Assembly (NCBI GenBank): GCA_029338615.1 | Contig: JAQYAS010000115.1 | Coordinates: 5,640-69,639 of the forward strand | Reading direction: 5' to 3' | Length of the DNA: 64,000 nt | Source of the DNA: Clostridiales bacterium | GTDB lineage: Bacteria > Bacillota > Clostridia > Lachnospirales > Lachnospiraceae | Shown: in pieces, positions 10,733-20,336 of the stretch | Layout: the number at the start of each line of letters is the position of its first letter | How positions within the stretch are numbered: the stretch's first letter is position 1 | The notes under the pieces: model-generated | Seen by the model: the letters and a program-made list of their open reading frames with translations, nothing else | What the model was told of the DNA's origin: nothing | Databases searched by the model: none | Position numbers and translations under genes: made by a program

Positions 10733-11773
10733 TTATGGGAAAACAGGAGCCATGCGGAGACCTTCTGCCTCGTCAAATCCAAACATAATATTCATGTTCT
10801 GAACCGCCTGACCTGCAGCACCCTTTACAAGATTGTCAAGTGCGCCCATGGCGATGACTCTGTTTGTTCTCTCATCTATCTTGAAGTTGACATCCACATA
10901 GTTGCTGCCCTCAACCCATCTTGTCTCAGGACATACATCCTTGTCGAGAACTCTGATAAATCTCTCATTTGCATAGTACTTATCGTATGCAGCTCTCACT
11001 GTATCGTAATCAACCTTCTCTTTGAGGTTGGCATATGCTGTCACAAGTATTCCTCTGTTCATCGGGACAAGATGTGGAGTGAAATTGATGACTATCGGAC
11101 TGCCATTTGCATATCCAAGCTGCTCCTCTATCTCAGGTGTATGTCTGTGTGTCGTAACTCCATAAGCCTTTATGCTCTCATTGACCTCACAGTAGAGATT
11201 GGCGATCTTCGCGCCTCTTCCTGCCCCCGATGTTCCGGACTTAGCGTCAACAATGATGGAGTTCGCGTCAACCAGTCCTTCCTTAACCAGTGGATAGAGT
11301 GAAAGAATGGAACATGTGGTGTAGCATCCAGGGTTTGCAAGAAGCCTGCACTTCTTTATATCCTCCCTGTTGATCTCACAGAGACCATACACGGCCTCGT
11401 CAATAAACTGTGGGCTCTTGTGCTCTATCTTGTACCACTTCTCATAAGTAGCGACATCCTTTATTCTGAAATCTGCACTGAGATCTATGATCTTCACCTT
11501 TGACAGAATCTCCTCATTCACCAGTGATCCGCAAAGTCCCTGTGGTGTGGCTGTGAATATGACATCGACCTGTGAAGCAAGCTCCTCCATGTTGTCATCC
11601 ATACACTTTGCGTCCACAATCTGGAACATATTGCCGTATACCTGATAATACTTCTGATCTATGAAGCTTCTTGAACCGTACCATACGATCTCCGCTTCCT
11701 TATGCCCAAGAAGGATTCTTACTATTTCCTGTCCTGCATATCCTGTTGATCCGATAATTCCTACCTTAATCAT
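10733..11773 (-). CDS. argC: N-acetyl-gamma-glutamyl-phosphate reductase
   Basis: IIGSTGYAG, NPGCYTT, SGTSGAGR, HRHTPEI, DNLVKGAAGQA; GGAGG before the ATG at 11773. Confidence 0.97.
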   Translation of the reverse strand: MIKVGIIGSTGYAGQEIVRILLGHKEAEIVWYGSRSFIDQKYYQVYGNMFQIVDAKCMDDNMEELASQVDVIFTATPQGLCGSLVNEEILSKVKIIDLSADFRIKDVATYEKWYKIEHKSPQFIDEAVYGLCEINREDIKKCRLLANPGCYTTCSILSLYPLVKEGLVDANSIIVDAKSGTSGAGRGAKIANLYCEVNESIKAYGVTTHRHTPEIEEQLGYANGSPIVINFTPHLVPMNRGILVTAYANLKEKVDYDTVRAAYDKYYANERFIRVLDKDVCPETRWVEGSNYVDVNFKIDERTNRVIAMGALDNLVKGAAGQAVQNMNIMFGFDEAEGLRMAPVFP

Positions 11774-12011
11774 AACTGCCTCCATATATATGTAAAAATT
11801 TATATTTCCATTCCCACGGATTTGTCTTAAGGCATATCCTGCTTGATTGTATACCTACTTAGTCAGCCTCGTCAACATGCATCTCATCAGCATGTATATT
11901 ATAGGTAATGATAGACTTGATAACTGACAATCTGATTCTACCCGTCCAAGCTCTGGATATTCCATTAACCCATCCGACAAAATGTTATCTCCCATACAAA
12001 AAACTTTTATA

Positions 12012-12040
12012 ATTATACATTTTGATTGTATATTATGCAA
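12012..12040 (-). promoter_or_regulatory. sigmaA promoter for argCJB overlapped by tandem ARG-box-like operator
   Basis: TTGCAT-17-TATAAT; contains TTGCATAATATACA-N7-TGTAT. Confidence 0.75.
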
Positions 12041-12174
12041 TGGTTTTTTTGAATATTTGCATATTCGTTAAAAATATACGGTTTATCAAAGTTTTTGCCG
12101 CCATTCAGCTATGTATCCATGCATAAATCGCATGCATATTATACGCTGATCGAATGAATATTTTGAAAAATCAC

Positions 12175-12203
12175 TTGCATAATATACATTTGCGTTGTAT
12201 AGT
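12175..12203 (+). promoter_or_regulatory. sigmaA promoter for argG overlapped by tandem ARG-box-like operator
   Basis: TTGCAT-17-TATAGT; the same TTGCATAATATACA-N7-TGTAT as the argC promoter. Confidence 0.75.
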
Positions 12204-12277
12204 TCATGTAGACGAAAAATGGAATATATTATAAAGTAATTTTTCAAAACACTATATTTATAGGAGGATTTATTAAA

Positions 12278-13516
12278 ATGGCTAAAGAAAAAGTTGTACT
12301 GGCTTATTCAGGCGGTCTTGATACCACTGCCATCATCCCATGGTTAAAGGAGACATACGGATACGACGTTATCTGTGCATGTATAGATGTAGGTCAGGAG
12401 AGCGAGCTTGAAGGACTTGACGAGAGAGCAAAGTATTCAGGAGCTGAGAAGCTTTACATCATCGATGTTGTAGATGAGCTCTGCGATGAGTACATCATGC
12501 CAACAGTTCAGGCTGACGCTGTATATGAGAACAAGTATCTTCTCGGTACTTCATTTGCAAGACCTATCATTGCAAAGAAGCTTGTTGAGGTTGCACGTAA
12601 GGAAGGCGCTGTTGCCATCTGCCACGGAGCTACAGGTAAGGGTAACGACCAGCTTCGTTTTGAGCTTTCTATCAAGGCTCTTGCACCGGACATCAAGGTT
12701 ATCGCTACATGGAGACAGCCTGAATGGACTATGCAGTCACGTGAGGATGAGATCGCTTTCTGTAAGGCCCATGGCATCGATCTTCCATTTGATGCAAAGC
12801 ATTCTTACAGCCGTGACCGTAACATCTGGCACATCAGCCATGAGGGTCTTGAGCTTGAGAATCCTGCAAATGAGCCAAACTACGATGATCTTCTGGTTCT
12901 CTCAGTTACACCTGAGAAGGCACCTGATGAGCCTGAGTACATTGATCTTGACTTTGAGAAGGGCTACCCTGTAGCACTCAACGGCAAGAAGATGAAGACT
13001 TCAGATATCATCCGTGAGCTGAACAAGCTCGGCGGAAAACATGGTATCGGTATCATCGATATCGTTGAGAACCGTGTTGTCGGCATGAAGTCACGTGGTG
13101 TATATGAGACACCTGGTGGAACTATCCTCACAGAGGCTCATAAGCAGCTTGAGGAGCTCACACTTGACCGTGATACAATGGAGTACAAGAAGCTTGTCGG
13201 AACAAAGTTCGCAGCACTTGTATATGAGGGCAAGTGGTTCTGCACTCTCCGTGAGAGCCTTTCAGCATTCGTTGCCAAGACTGAGGAGCGTGTAACCGGT
13301 CATGTAAAGATGAAGCTCTACAAGGGCAACATCATCAAGGCTGGTACTACATCAGATTATACTCTGTACTCAGAGAGTCTCGCTTCATTCACAACTGGTG
13401 ACCTCTACGATCACAAGGATGCTTCAGGTTTCATCAACCTGTTCGGTCTTTCAATGAAGGTTCGTGCTATGATGGATCAGAAGCGTGAGGAGAAGGACAA
13501 CGCCAACAATAAATAA
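12278..13516 (+). CDS. argG: argininosuccinate synthase
   Basis: [52 protein letters not shown]. Confidence 0.98.
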   Translation: MAKEKVVLAYSGGLDTTAIIPWLKETYGYDVICACIDVGQESELEGLDERAKYSGAEKLYIIDVVDELCDEYIMPTVQADAVYENKYLLGTSFARPIIAKKLVEVARKEGAVAICHGATGKGNDQLRFELSIKALAPDIKVIATWRQPEWTMQSREDEIAFCKAHGIDLPFDAKHSYSRDRNIWHISHEGLELENPANEPNYDDLLVLSVTPEKAPDEPEYIDLDFEKGYPVALNGKKMKTSDIIRELNKLGGKHGIGIIDIVENRVVGMKSRGVYETPGGTILTEAHKQLEELTLDRDTMEYKKLVGTKFAALVYEGKWFCTLRESLSAFVAKTEERVTGHVKMKLYKGNIIKAGTTSDYTLYSESLASFTTGDLYDHKDASGFINLFGLSMKVRAMMDQKREEKDNANNK

Positions 13517-13586
13517 TTTATAGATTCTTGACAAAAGAAGCGTGTTGGAATGGTATATAGAAAAGGAAATGGGTTTTTACCACATT

Positions 13587-13820
13587 TTACTGTTGTGGGT
13601 TGCTCGTTTCCTTTTTTATTGATAGAATATCATACAGATATTTCTTACCATTTTCTGCATGATTTACCAACAAACATCCTGAATATATATTATGCTTTTC
13701 TTTTCTGTTTTCCTCCCATTTAGGATTTGTCGCTATTTGTATAAGTTCTGGTATCGCTGTAGCCGAATTTGCCTTTGCTTTTGCAACAGCCCCCAACTTT
13801 CTTAATGAATTTATACACAT
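13587..13820 (-). pseudogene. fragment of a small hypothetical protein (KAKAN..IPELI.IA / KKYLYDI..IKKET family), apparently internally deleted
   Basis: The 77-aa ORF joins two motifs I recall as ~40 aa apart in ~170-aa gut-Clostridia proteins; no RBS; AT-rich. Family assignment is from memory. Confidence 0.5.
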
Positions 13821-13854
13821 CGTATATCTCGACGATATTTGAATGTATATCTAT

Positions 13855-13886
13855 AAAAAAAGATCCAGAGCCGAAGCTCCAGATCT
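13855..13886 (-). terminator. intrinsic terminator with c(UUCG)g loop after the epimerase gene
   Basis: Minus strand AGATCTGGAGC-TTCG-GCTCTGGATCT followed by TTTTTT. Confidence 0.85.
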
Positions 13887-13929
13887 CCCTAAATACATAT
13901 CATTTACAATATCGCTGCACCAACGTACA

Positions 13930-14832
13930 TTATTTTAAATTACAGTCTATATATTCCATATATGACTTTTTCCCAACTTCTGATTCATTTTCCACATACC
14001 ACTCTGCGCATTCTTTCAATCCATCTTCCAACGATATTGTCTCCGGGTATATTTTGTTCTGCTGCTGCACATCGAGATAATATTCATAGTTATAAAAGCT
14101 GAAATAATTTCTCTGTTCTATATCCTCACTGACATTTACAAACGCAGGGATCTTATCAAAGCAGGCGTAACACATCGTCACCCAGTCTTTTATAGTGACC
14201 GGCTCCACATTTCCCACATTCATGATATGAGTCTCCGGCTTTTCCTCTATTATTCTCTCCATCAGGATACAGAGATCCTTCACATGGAAGAACTGCAGCT
14301 TCATTCCACCATCTCCGGGCAGATAAAATGGCCTGTCCGCCCTGGCGCAGTCAAATAAAAAAGCCTCCCTGTATACATTGTTCATAGGTCCATAAATATA
14401 TGGTGGTCTGAGTATGTAAGCATCACTCACTCTGTCAAGTAATGCATCCTCCGCAGCAATCTTATCCGTACCATATGACCCCCAGTATCTGTTGAGTGCC
14501 CGTTCTGAATCTTCACGGAATGGCTGATCTCCATACTCTGGATACACTGCACTTGAGCTGATCATGATATACTGACCAAATGAACCAAGGCTGTCACATA
14601 AGTCTGTGATATCTTCCGCATTATATGCGGTTATGTCCGCCACAACATCAAAATAGATGTCTTTGAGTTTGTCTCCCAGGTCATGCCTGTCCGTTTCTAT
14701 AAGTTTCACACCTGGAACCTGCGGTCTTGAATTTCTGTTCACCACATACACCTCATAGCCTTTGTCCACAAAATACTGCGCCGCATACCGGCTTACAAAT
14801 ACTGTACCACCCGTTATTAGTATTTTCTTCAT
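13930..14832 (-). CDS. NAD-dependent epimerase/dehydratase family (atypical SDR)
   Basis: KILITGGTVFV, YIMISSSAVY, YGTDK, ILRPPYIYGP. Confidence 0.88.
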   Translation of the reverse strand: MKKILITGGTVFVSRYAAQYFVDKGYEVYVVNRNSRPQVPGVKLIETDRHDLGDKLKDIYFDVVADITAYNAEDITDLCDSLGSFGQYIMISSSAVYPEYGDQPFREDSERALNRYWGSYGTDKIAAEDALLDRVSDAYILRPPYIYGPMNNVYREAFLFDCARADRPFYLPGDGGMKLQFFHVKDLCILMERIIEEKPETHIMNVGNVEPVTIKDWVTMCYACFDKIPAFVNVSEDIEQRNYFSFYNYEYYLDVQQQNKIYPETISLEDGLKECAEWYVENESEVGKKSYMEYIDCNLK

Positions 14833-14863
14833 GGAGAGCCTCCTTTAAATTGGGATTTTTTAT

Positions 14864-16657
14864 CTACTCACCAAGTTCCAGTACCACGCTCTCATTTCCA
14901 GCTAATTTCACTGAACTAAGGTCTGACACACCTGTCTCACCAGAACTTGAATAAAGTACATTTGTAACTGTTATGTCTCCGCACTCAGCAAGTGATACCG
15001 TCTGATCGCCCTCTGCAAAGTTATGCACCACCAGCAGTTTCTGTCCATCCGCCTCACGGAAGTACGCTATCACACTGTCGCTTGTGAGCGCTGCCGCTCT
15101 ATAGTTTCCTTTCATAAGGGCAGGATTGTCTTTTCTAAGCGCTATCAGTGTCTTGTAATATGAATACATTGAATCCGGATCTTTCATCTGCTGGTCAAGT
15201 CTCTTTGTCTCTGCATTCTGATCGTCCTTTTCCCATGACGTGTTGTATGTACTGTCATCTCCCCACAGGAATGGTGTCCTTATCATCTCATCCGGCTTGC
15301 TGCCGTACATTCCGAGTTCCTCGCCATAGTAAATATATGGATTGCCTGGAAGTGTCATATATACCGCTGCTATCTGTCTCGCCTTATCCAGGCTGTTCAC
15401 CGACGATGCTATTCTGTCCTGATCGTGATTTGCTCCAAATACTCCATTCAGATAGTTGACATCCACGCCGTCATATTTATTCTGTATATTCTCTATCGCC
15501 ACGGAAAGAGAATCGCCAAATCCTGGCACCGCCATGCCTTTCTGTACGCAGTTCAGTATCTTCTGCTGAATTGCAAAATCAAACTTCGTGTCAAATGGCT
15601 GGACATAATTTTCCAGCACCTTGTCATCCTGCCATACCTCACCCACCAGATATACATCAGGATTTATGCTCTCGCAGTAACCGGCAAATTCGTTCCACCA
15701 GGTGATATTTGCCGCTTCAGAATCTTCCTGCTGCTTGAACTCGTGTGCCCCATAGATATGAACTGCGGCGTCCATACGGAAACCGTCAAGACCAAGCTCC
15801 AGCCAGTGACCGGCGGCATCCTTTGCAGCCTGTCTCACCTCCGGATTGTTGTAGTTCAGATCCGGCATATCCGCGCCGAACACACCATAATAATAGAAGT
15901 CACCTTCCTGGTGCCACACCATATCTCCCCAGCTTGATTTGTCGAGAAGATGATTGCAGTCTTTCTTGTCGGTCTTGTACACCCACCTGTAATAATCTCT
16001 GTACTCGCTGTTCTCATCGGACTTTGCCGCCTGAAACCACGGATGATTGATACTGGTGTGATTGATGACCAGATCCATGATGACTTTCATGTCTCTGCTG
16101 TGTGCTTCGTCAAGCAATCTCTTAAGATCATCCTCTGTTCCGTAATCGGGATTCACCGCCATGTAATCCGTCACGGAATATCCGTGGTAAGTATCGGATG
16201 CAGTGATCGGCATGAGCCATATCCCATCGATCCCGAGCTCCTTCAGATAGTCAAGTTTCTCCGTGACGCCATTCAGATCGCCTATACCATCACCGTCTGA
16301 ATCGGCAAATGATCTGACAAATATCTCGTAATACACACCGCGATTACCCTCTCCGTCGGTCTTCTTACGAGGCTCTGCCGTAAATTCTGCCACATCGTAT
16401 GCATCACTGGAATATGTTCCCTCTGCATAAGACTCGTCATTATCCTTTTTAGACTCCTGTCCATTTTCTTCTTCGGCTCCGGCATCTGTCTGAGCATCCG
16501 TTGAAACCGCCACTTCCGACGATGCAGTACCATCCGCTCCGTCATCTGCTTTGCCGCACCCTGTACCGAGTCCAAATGTAAGGGCCAGCATGATCACTGC
16601 AAGTCTCTTCTGCAGTCTGAGTAAGTTGTTCTGTTTCAGCACTTTATTTTTAAGCAC
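14864..16657 (-). CDS. GH13 alpha-amylase-family lipoprotein
   Basis: Lipobox LGTG-C, acidic linker, YEIFVRSFADSDGDGIGD, GFRMDAAVH (nucleophile), GEVW, NHD; GTG start after AGGAGG. Confidence 0.9.
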   Translation of the reverse strand: MLKNKVLKQNNLLRLQKRLAVIMLALTFGLGTGCGKADDGADGTASSEVAVSTDAQTDAGAEEENGQESKKDNDESYAEGTYSSDAYDVAEFTAEPRKKTDGEGNRGVYYEIFVRSFADSDGDGIGDLNGVTEKLDYLKELGIDGIWLMPITASDTYHGYSVTDYMAVNPDYGTEDDLKRLLDEAHSRDMKVIMDLVINHTSINHPWFQAAKSDENSEYRDYYRWVYKTDKKDCNHLLDKSSWGDMVWHQEGDFYYYGVFGADMPDLNYNNPEVRQAAKDAAGHWLELGLDGFRMDAAVHIYGAHEFKQQEDSEAANITWWNEFAGYCESINPDVYLVGEVWQDDKVLENYVQPFDTKFDFAIQQKILNCVQKGMAVPGFGDSLSVAIENIQNKYDGVDVNYLNGVFGANHDQDRIASSVNSLDKARQIAAVYMTLPGNPYIYYGEELGMYGSKPDEMIRTPFLWGDDSTYNTSWEKDDQNAETKRLDQQMKDPDSMYSYYKTLIALRKDNPALMKGNYRAAALTSDSVIAYFREADGQKLLVVHNFAEGDQTVSLAECGDITVTNVLYSSSGETGVSDLSSVKLAGNESVVLELGE

Positions 16658-16729
16658 TTTCTCGTTCCTCCTATACTCCCTCCAAAAAACATTATAACAG
16701 ACCATGCCTCATAACTTCCAGTGTATTTT

Positions 16730-17890
16730 CTAAGCCATCGCCTTGCCGGCTGTCTTGTACCTGTCAACGATCACTCCAACAAGTATGAACAGAACGGCAA
16801 AGAGCACCTGTACTCCCATGCTCACAAATATTCCTGTCACCGAACTGCCCGATGTGAAATTGTCGATGGCATCCGTTGCATTTGCGTACCAATATGCCGG
16901 AAGGAAATGTGCTATCGCCATCACAGTGTCACTTAAGAACTCTCTCGGCACAAATATCCCGCAGAGGAATGCCATTCCAAGTGATATGACATTTGCACAC
17001 ATGGAAAGAATCTGTTCACTTTGGGTAAGCTTGCTAACTAGAAATGCCAGCGACAGTGCCACGCATGCGTACACCAGCATATTGAGTATGAACATTCCGC
17101 CTCTTGCCGATGTTATATCATATTTTATAAGTATTCTGGAGAGTGCTATAAATACTACAGACAACACGCATCCAGTAAACATCATCCCCAGGACAAGCTC
17201 CCTGTTGAGTCTGAAAAATCTGTATGAGGAGCACTCTATTCTCGCTCTAAGCTTTTTTCTGTTATATACCTGCAAAACAGGCGCTACCCCAATTATCATA
17301 ACGCAGATCATGACCCACCCCAGATAGTTGTAAAAATTATATAACATGGAATGTCCTGAGGTCTTTCCTTCGGCCATATCGACTTCAGCCTTCTGCTCAA
17401 GTGCCGTCCTCGCTCTCTTATCGGCATCGTTCACATCATCTCCGGCTCTCTTGTACAGAGACACCATATTCATGTAGCTGTCAAGCCGTGCCTCAAACAA
17501 CATGGACGCCTGACTTCCGGGGATAGTCGTTATCTCAAGCAGACCATCCGCAGTATCATTTGCCCATGCATCGCCAAAGCCATCTGGTATCCTGATCACA
17601 CAATCCACCGCCCTGTTGTAGAGAGCATCCTGAATCCCCCGTTCGTCCATATCAACGCCATCTACAAGCTGCTGCGTATCACTCAGGTAAGCCATCAATT
17701 TTCTGCTCATCTCACTGCTATCCTCATCGCTCACCGCATATTTGATCGTTTTATCCTTATAATAGTTCTGTGGATCTGTGTTTCCCACATTGATGAACAC
17801 AATCATGACTCCACACAGAATTCCCACATACATGATCATCTGCCCAATATATTTTCTCAAAACCTTGAAAAAAGATTTAAACACTTGCAT
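16730..17890 (-). CDS. ABC-2 type exporter permease (LnrN/YfiN-like)
   Basis: N-terminal TM, large loop, 5 C-terminal TMs; FLCGIFVP, HFLPAYW. Confidence 0.88.
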   Translation of the reverse strand: MQVFKSFFKVLRKYIGQMIMYVGILCGVMIVFINVGNTDPQNYYKDKTIKYAVSDEDSSEMSRKLMAYLSDTQQLVDGVDMDERGIQDALYNRAVDCVIRIPDGFGDAWANDTADGLLEITTIPGSQASMLFEARLDSYMNMVSLYKRAGDDVNDADKRARTALEQKAEVDMAEGKTSGHSMLYNFYNYLGWVMICVMIIGVAPVLQVYNRKKLRARIECSSYRFFRLNRELVLGMMFTGCVLSVVFIALSRILIKYDITSARGGMFILNMLVYACVALSLAFLVSKLTQSEQILSMCANVISLGMAFLCGIFVPREFLSDTVMAIAHFLPAYWYANATDAIDNFTSGSSVTGIFVSMGVQVLFAVLFILVGVIVDRYKTAGKAMA

Positions 17891-19040
17891 ATCTGTTCCT
17901 CCTTACCATGAGAATCCCAACTGCTATGAGCACCACAGCCTCAATAGTCATTATGACGATATTCTCAGTGAAAACCTGGTGGTCACTGTAAACATTCAGC
18001 GCATAGAATGAATCCGATATCAATGCTGCGGGATTGAGTTTATTTATAATCGGCACGTGCTGCTGTATCTCATACTTTATCCCGTTTATACACAGATCAG
18101 AAAGGATGGACATCACCATAGATATTCCGATCACAATACCTATCTTGGTTCCCTCAGCAAGCTTTGATATAGCCCCAACTATGACTCCAATCGCCAGACC
18201 GATAAAGCAGCCCACAAACAGAGTAAGCAGGATCTCCCATACTCTGTCGCCAAAATCCACTCCTATGCAGGACATGTATATAAAGCTTATGACCTCGACC
18301 ACAAAATGTATAAGCAGCAGTGCAGCAAACTCTGCCAGAACAAATGTCATTTTTCTCTGTGGGGACACATTTTTTCTCTTTCCCGTAGCGCTCACATTTG
18401 CCTGAAGATTGCTCATCATCTCTATAGATGAAAGTGATGCAAACAGACAGCTCATGGCAAATATGGCATAGAAATAATTGTTATACACGTTCTGGCTGCC
18501 CTCGGTGCTGGCTTTCTCTGTATAATATGATCTCTGTTCTGAGATCTTTTCCACAAGGTTCGACATATCATCCACGCCGGAAGTTCCTGACATATACTGT
18601 TGGAGTCCAATACCATCCTTATATATATCCTTAAGTGCATGCTCGTACTGCTTGTACTCAGAAAGCACTGTCTCAAGTATGCTCGCATTGACAGAACTCT
18701 CCGCAACCGTGAGCTTCACATCATCCGTATATATGATGCCCTCGACCTCTTCATCAGCCAGTGACTTCTCCGCATCGCTTTCGCTCATTCTCGTAACCGA
18801 CAGAAGGGCGTCATCGCCATCCGACAGCGCATCCAGCATATAATTAAGTCCATTTGCCGATTCATCCTCAGTGACCACCGCCACCTTGATATTACTAAAC
18901 ATCTCATCCTGTTCATATATGTTGCCAAATGCCATGTACATAAATGTGGCAAGCAGTATCGGAAATACCAGTGTCCAGAAAAGAGACACCTTGGCACGCA
19001 TCAATATCTTTATCGTATATAGAAAATCCCGTATAAACAT
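17877..19040 (-). CDS. ABC-2 type exporter permease (LnrM/YfiM-like)
   Basis: LFWTLVFPILLAT, YFYAIFAMSCL, INKLNP; overlaps the next permease by 14 nt. Confidence 0.88.
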   Translation of the reverse strand: MFIRDFLYTIKILMRAKVSLFWTLVFPILLATFMYMAFGNIYEQDEMFSNIKVAVVTEDESANGLNYMLDALSDGDDALLSVTRMSESDAEKSLADEEVEGIIYTDDVKLTVAESSVNASILETVLSEYKQYEHALKDIYKDGIGLQQYMSGTSGVDDMSNLVEKISEQRSYYTEKASTEGSQNVYNNYFYAIFAMSCLFASLSSIEMMSNLQANVSATGKRKNVSPQRKMTFVLAEFAALLLIHFVVEVISFIYMSCIGVDFGDRVWEILLTLFVGCFIGLAIGVIVGAISKLAEGTKIGIVIGISMVMSILSDLCINGIKYEIQQHVPIINKLNPAALISDSFYALNVYSDHQVFTENIVIMTIEAVVLIAVGILMVRRNRYASV

Positions 19041-19124
19041 ATTTCTCTCCTTTTAATCCCGGTTCATCTGAAATATACAAATATTAGTTCTTTCAACAAA
19101 TCCATAATCCAACGTACATTCAGA

Positions 19125-20078
19125 TCAGTCTCTGAGTTCCTTGCCTGTGATCTCGAGGAACACATCATTGAGTGTTGGAAGCTCCGTAACTACCCTGCCA
19201 AATGATATATCGTGCTCCTTGAAAAATTCCATGAGTCTCACCAGATTGTGTCTTCCGCCGGAATATCTAAGTGTAAGCATGCCTCCGTTATATTCGTTCT
19301 CATACACATGTGGCTGACTGCGAAGCTCCGACATCTGTTCATCGTTAAGTCCAAACACTTCAACCTTTATGGTCTCTGTATTCTTGATCATCTTCTTGAG
19401 CTCATCCTTCGTTCCGACTGCAACAGATTTACCTTTGTCCATGATGACTATCCTGTCACAGATCTGCTCGACCTCCTCCATATAATGAGAGGTGTACACG
19501 ATGGTCGCCCCCTCCTCATTCAGACGTTTTATCCCCTCAAGTATTCTGTTGCGGCTCTGCGGATCAACTGCAACTGTCGGTTCATCGAAAAATATAAGCT
19601 TTGGCTTATGCGCTATTCCACAGGCTATGTTTAGTCTCCGGAGCAGTCCGCCGGAAAGTTTCTTAGGCATGAATTTTCTGTAGTCTGCTATGTCCACAAA
19701 ATCCATGGTCTCTTCTACACACTTTCGTCTCTTCTCCTTATCCTTTATATATAAACCGCAGAAGTAATCAATGTTCTCATACACTGTCAGTTCATCGAAC
19801 ACCGCTACATCCTGCATTACGACTCCGATCTCCCTCTTGATATCGTAGCTGTCTGGCTTCATCTCTTTTCCAAATACTTTTATGTCCCCCTTGTCAAATG
19901 TGAGCAGGGACAATATACAGTTTATCGTTGTTGTCTTGCCAGATCCATTCGGTCCGAGCAATCCAAGTATCTCTCCTTCCTTAACCGTCAAGCTGAAATG
20001 ATCCAGCGCCAGCAGATCTTTGTACCTCTTTACCAGATTGGTAACTTCTATTGCATTACCTGAATTACTCATATACAT
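19125..20078 (-). CDS. ABC exporter ATP-binding subunit (LnrL/YfiL-like; start may be 20072)
   Basis: Walker A GPNGSGKTT, signature LSGG, FFDEPTVAVDPQSR, YTSHYMEE. Confidence 0.93.
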   Translation of the reverse strand: MYMSNSGNAIEVTNLVKRYKDLLALDHFSLTVKEGEILGLLGPNGSGKTTTINCILSLLTFDKGDIKVFGKEMKPDSYDIKREIGVVMQDVAVFDELTVYENIDYFCGLYIKDKEKRRKCVEETMDFVDIADYRKFMPKKLSGGLLRRLNIACGIAHKPKLIFFDEPTVAVDPQSRNRILEGIKRLNEEGATIVYTSHYMEEVEQICDRIVIMDKGKSVAVGTKDELKKMIKNTETIKVEVFGLNDEQMSELRSQPHVYENEYNGGMLTLRYSGGRHNLVRLMEFFKEHDISFGRVVTELPTLNDVFLEITGKELRD

Positions 20079-20226
20079 CCTCCTGTTTTAATGCGCTATT
20101 TATATGCACTACTTTTATGCTTTCTTGTCTCATGATTATCATTCACAAGCATGATAGTCTCTAAGCACCAGCATGCCACATTCTTTTTTATAATCTCATT
20201 ATATACATCTCTGCCCCGGATTCACA

Positions 20227-20263
20227 GTGAACAGCGTCATCTTCACAATGTGACATTTGTCAT
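20227..20263. promoter_or_regulatory. tandem inverted-repeat operator between the ABC operon and its two-component system
   Basis: GTGACATTTGTCAT (20250-20263) and degenerate GTGAACAGCGTCAT (20227-20240); TATAAT boxes face outward at 20288 (+) and 20193 (-). Confidence 0.55.
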
Positions 20264-20336
20264 ATTTCTTTTTCCACCATATTTATTTATAATGATGAGT
20301 AACACAACATTTCCTATATCATGGAGAATATTATAT

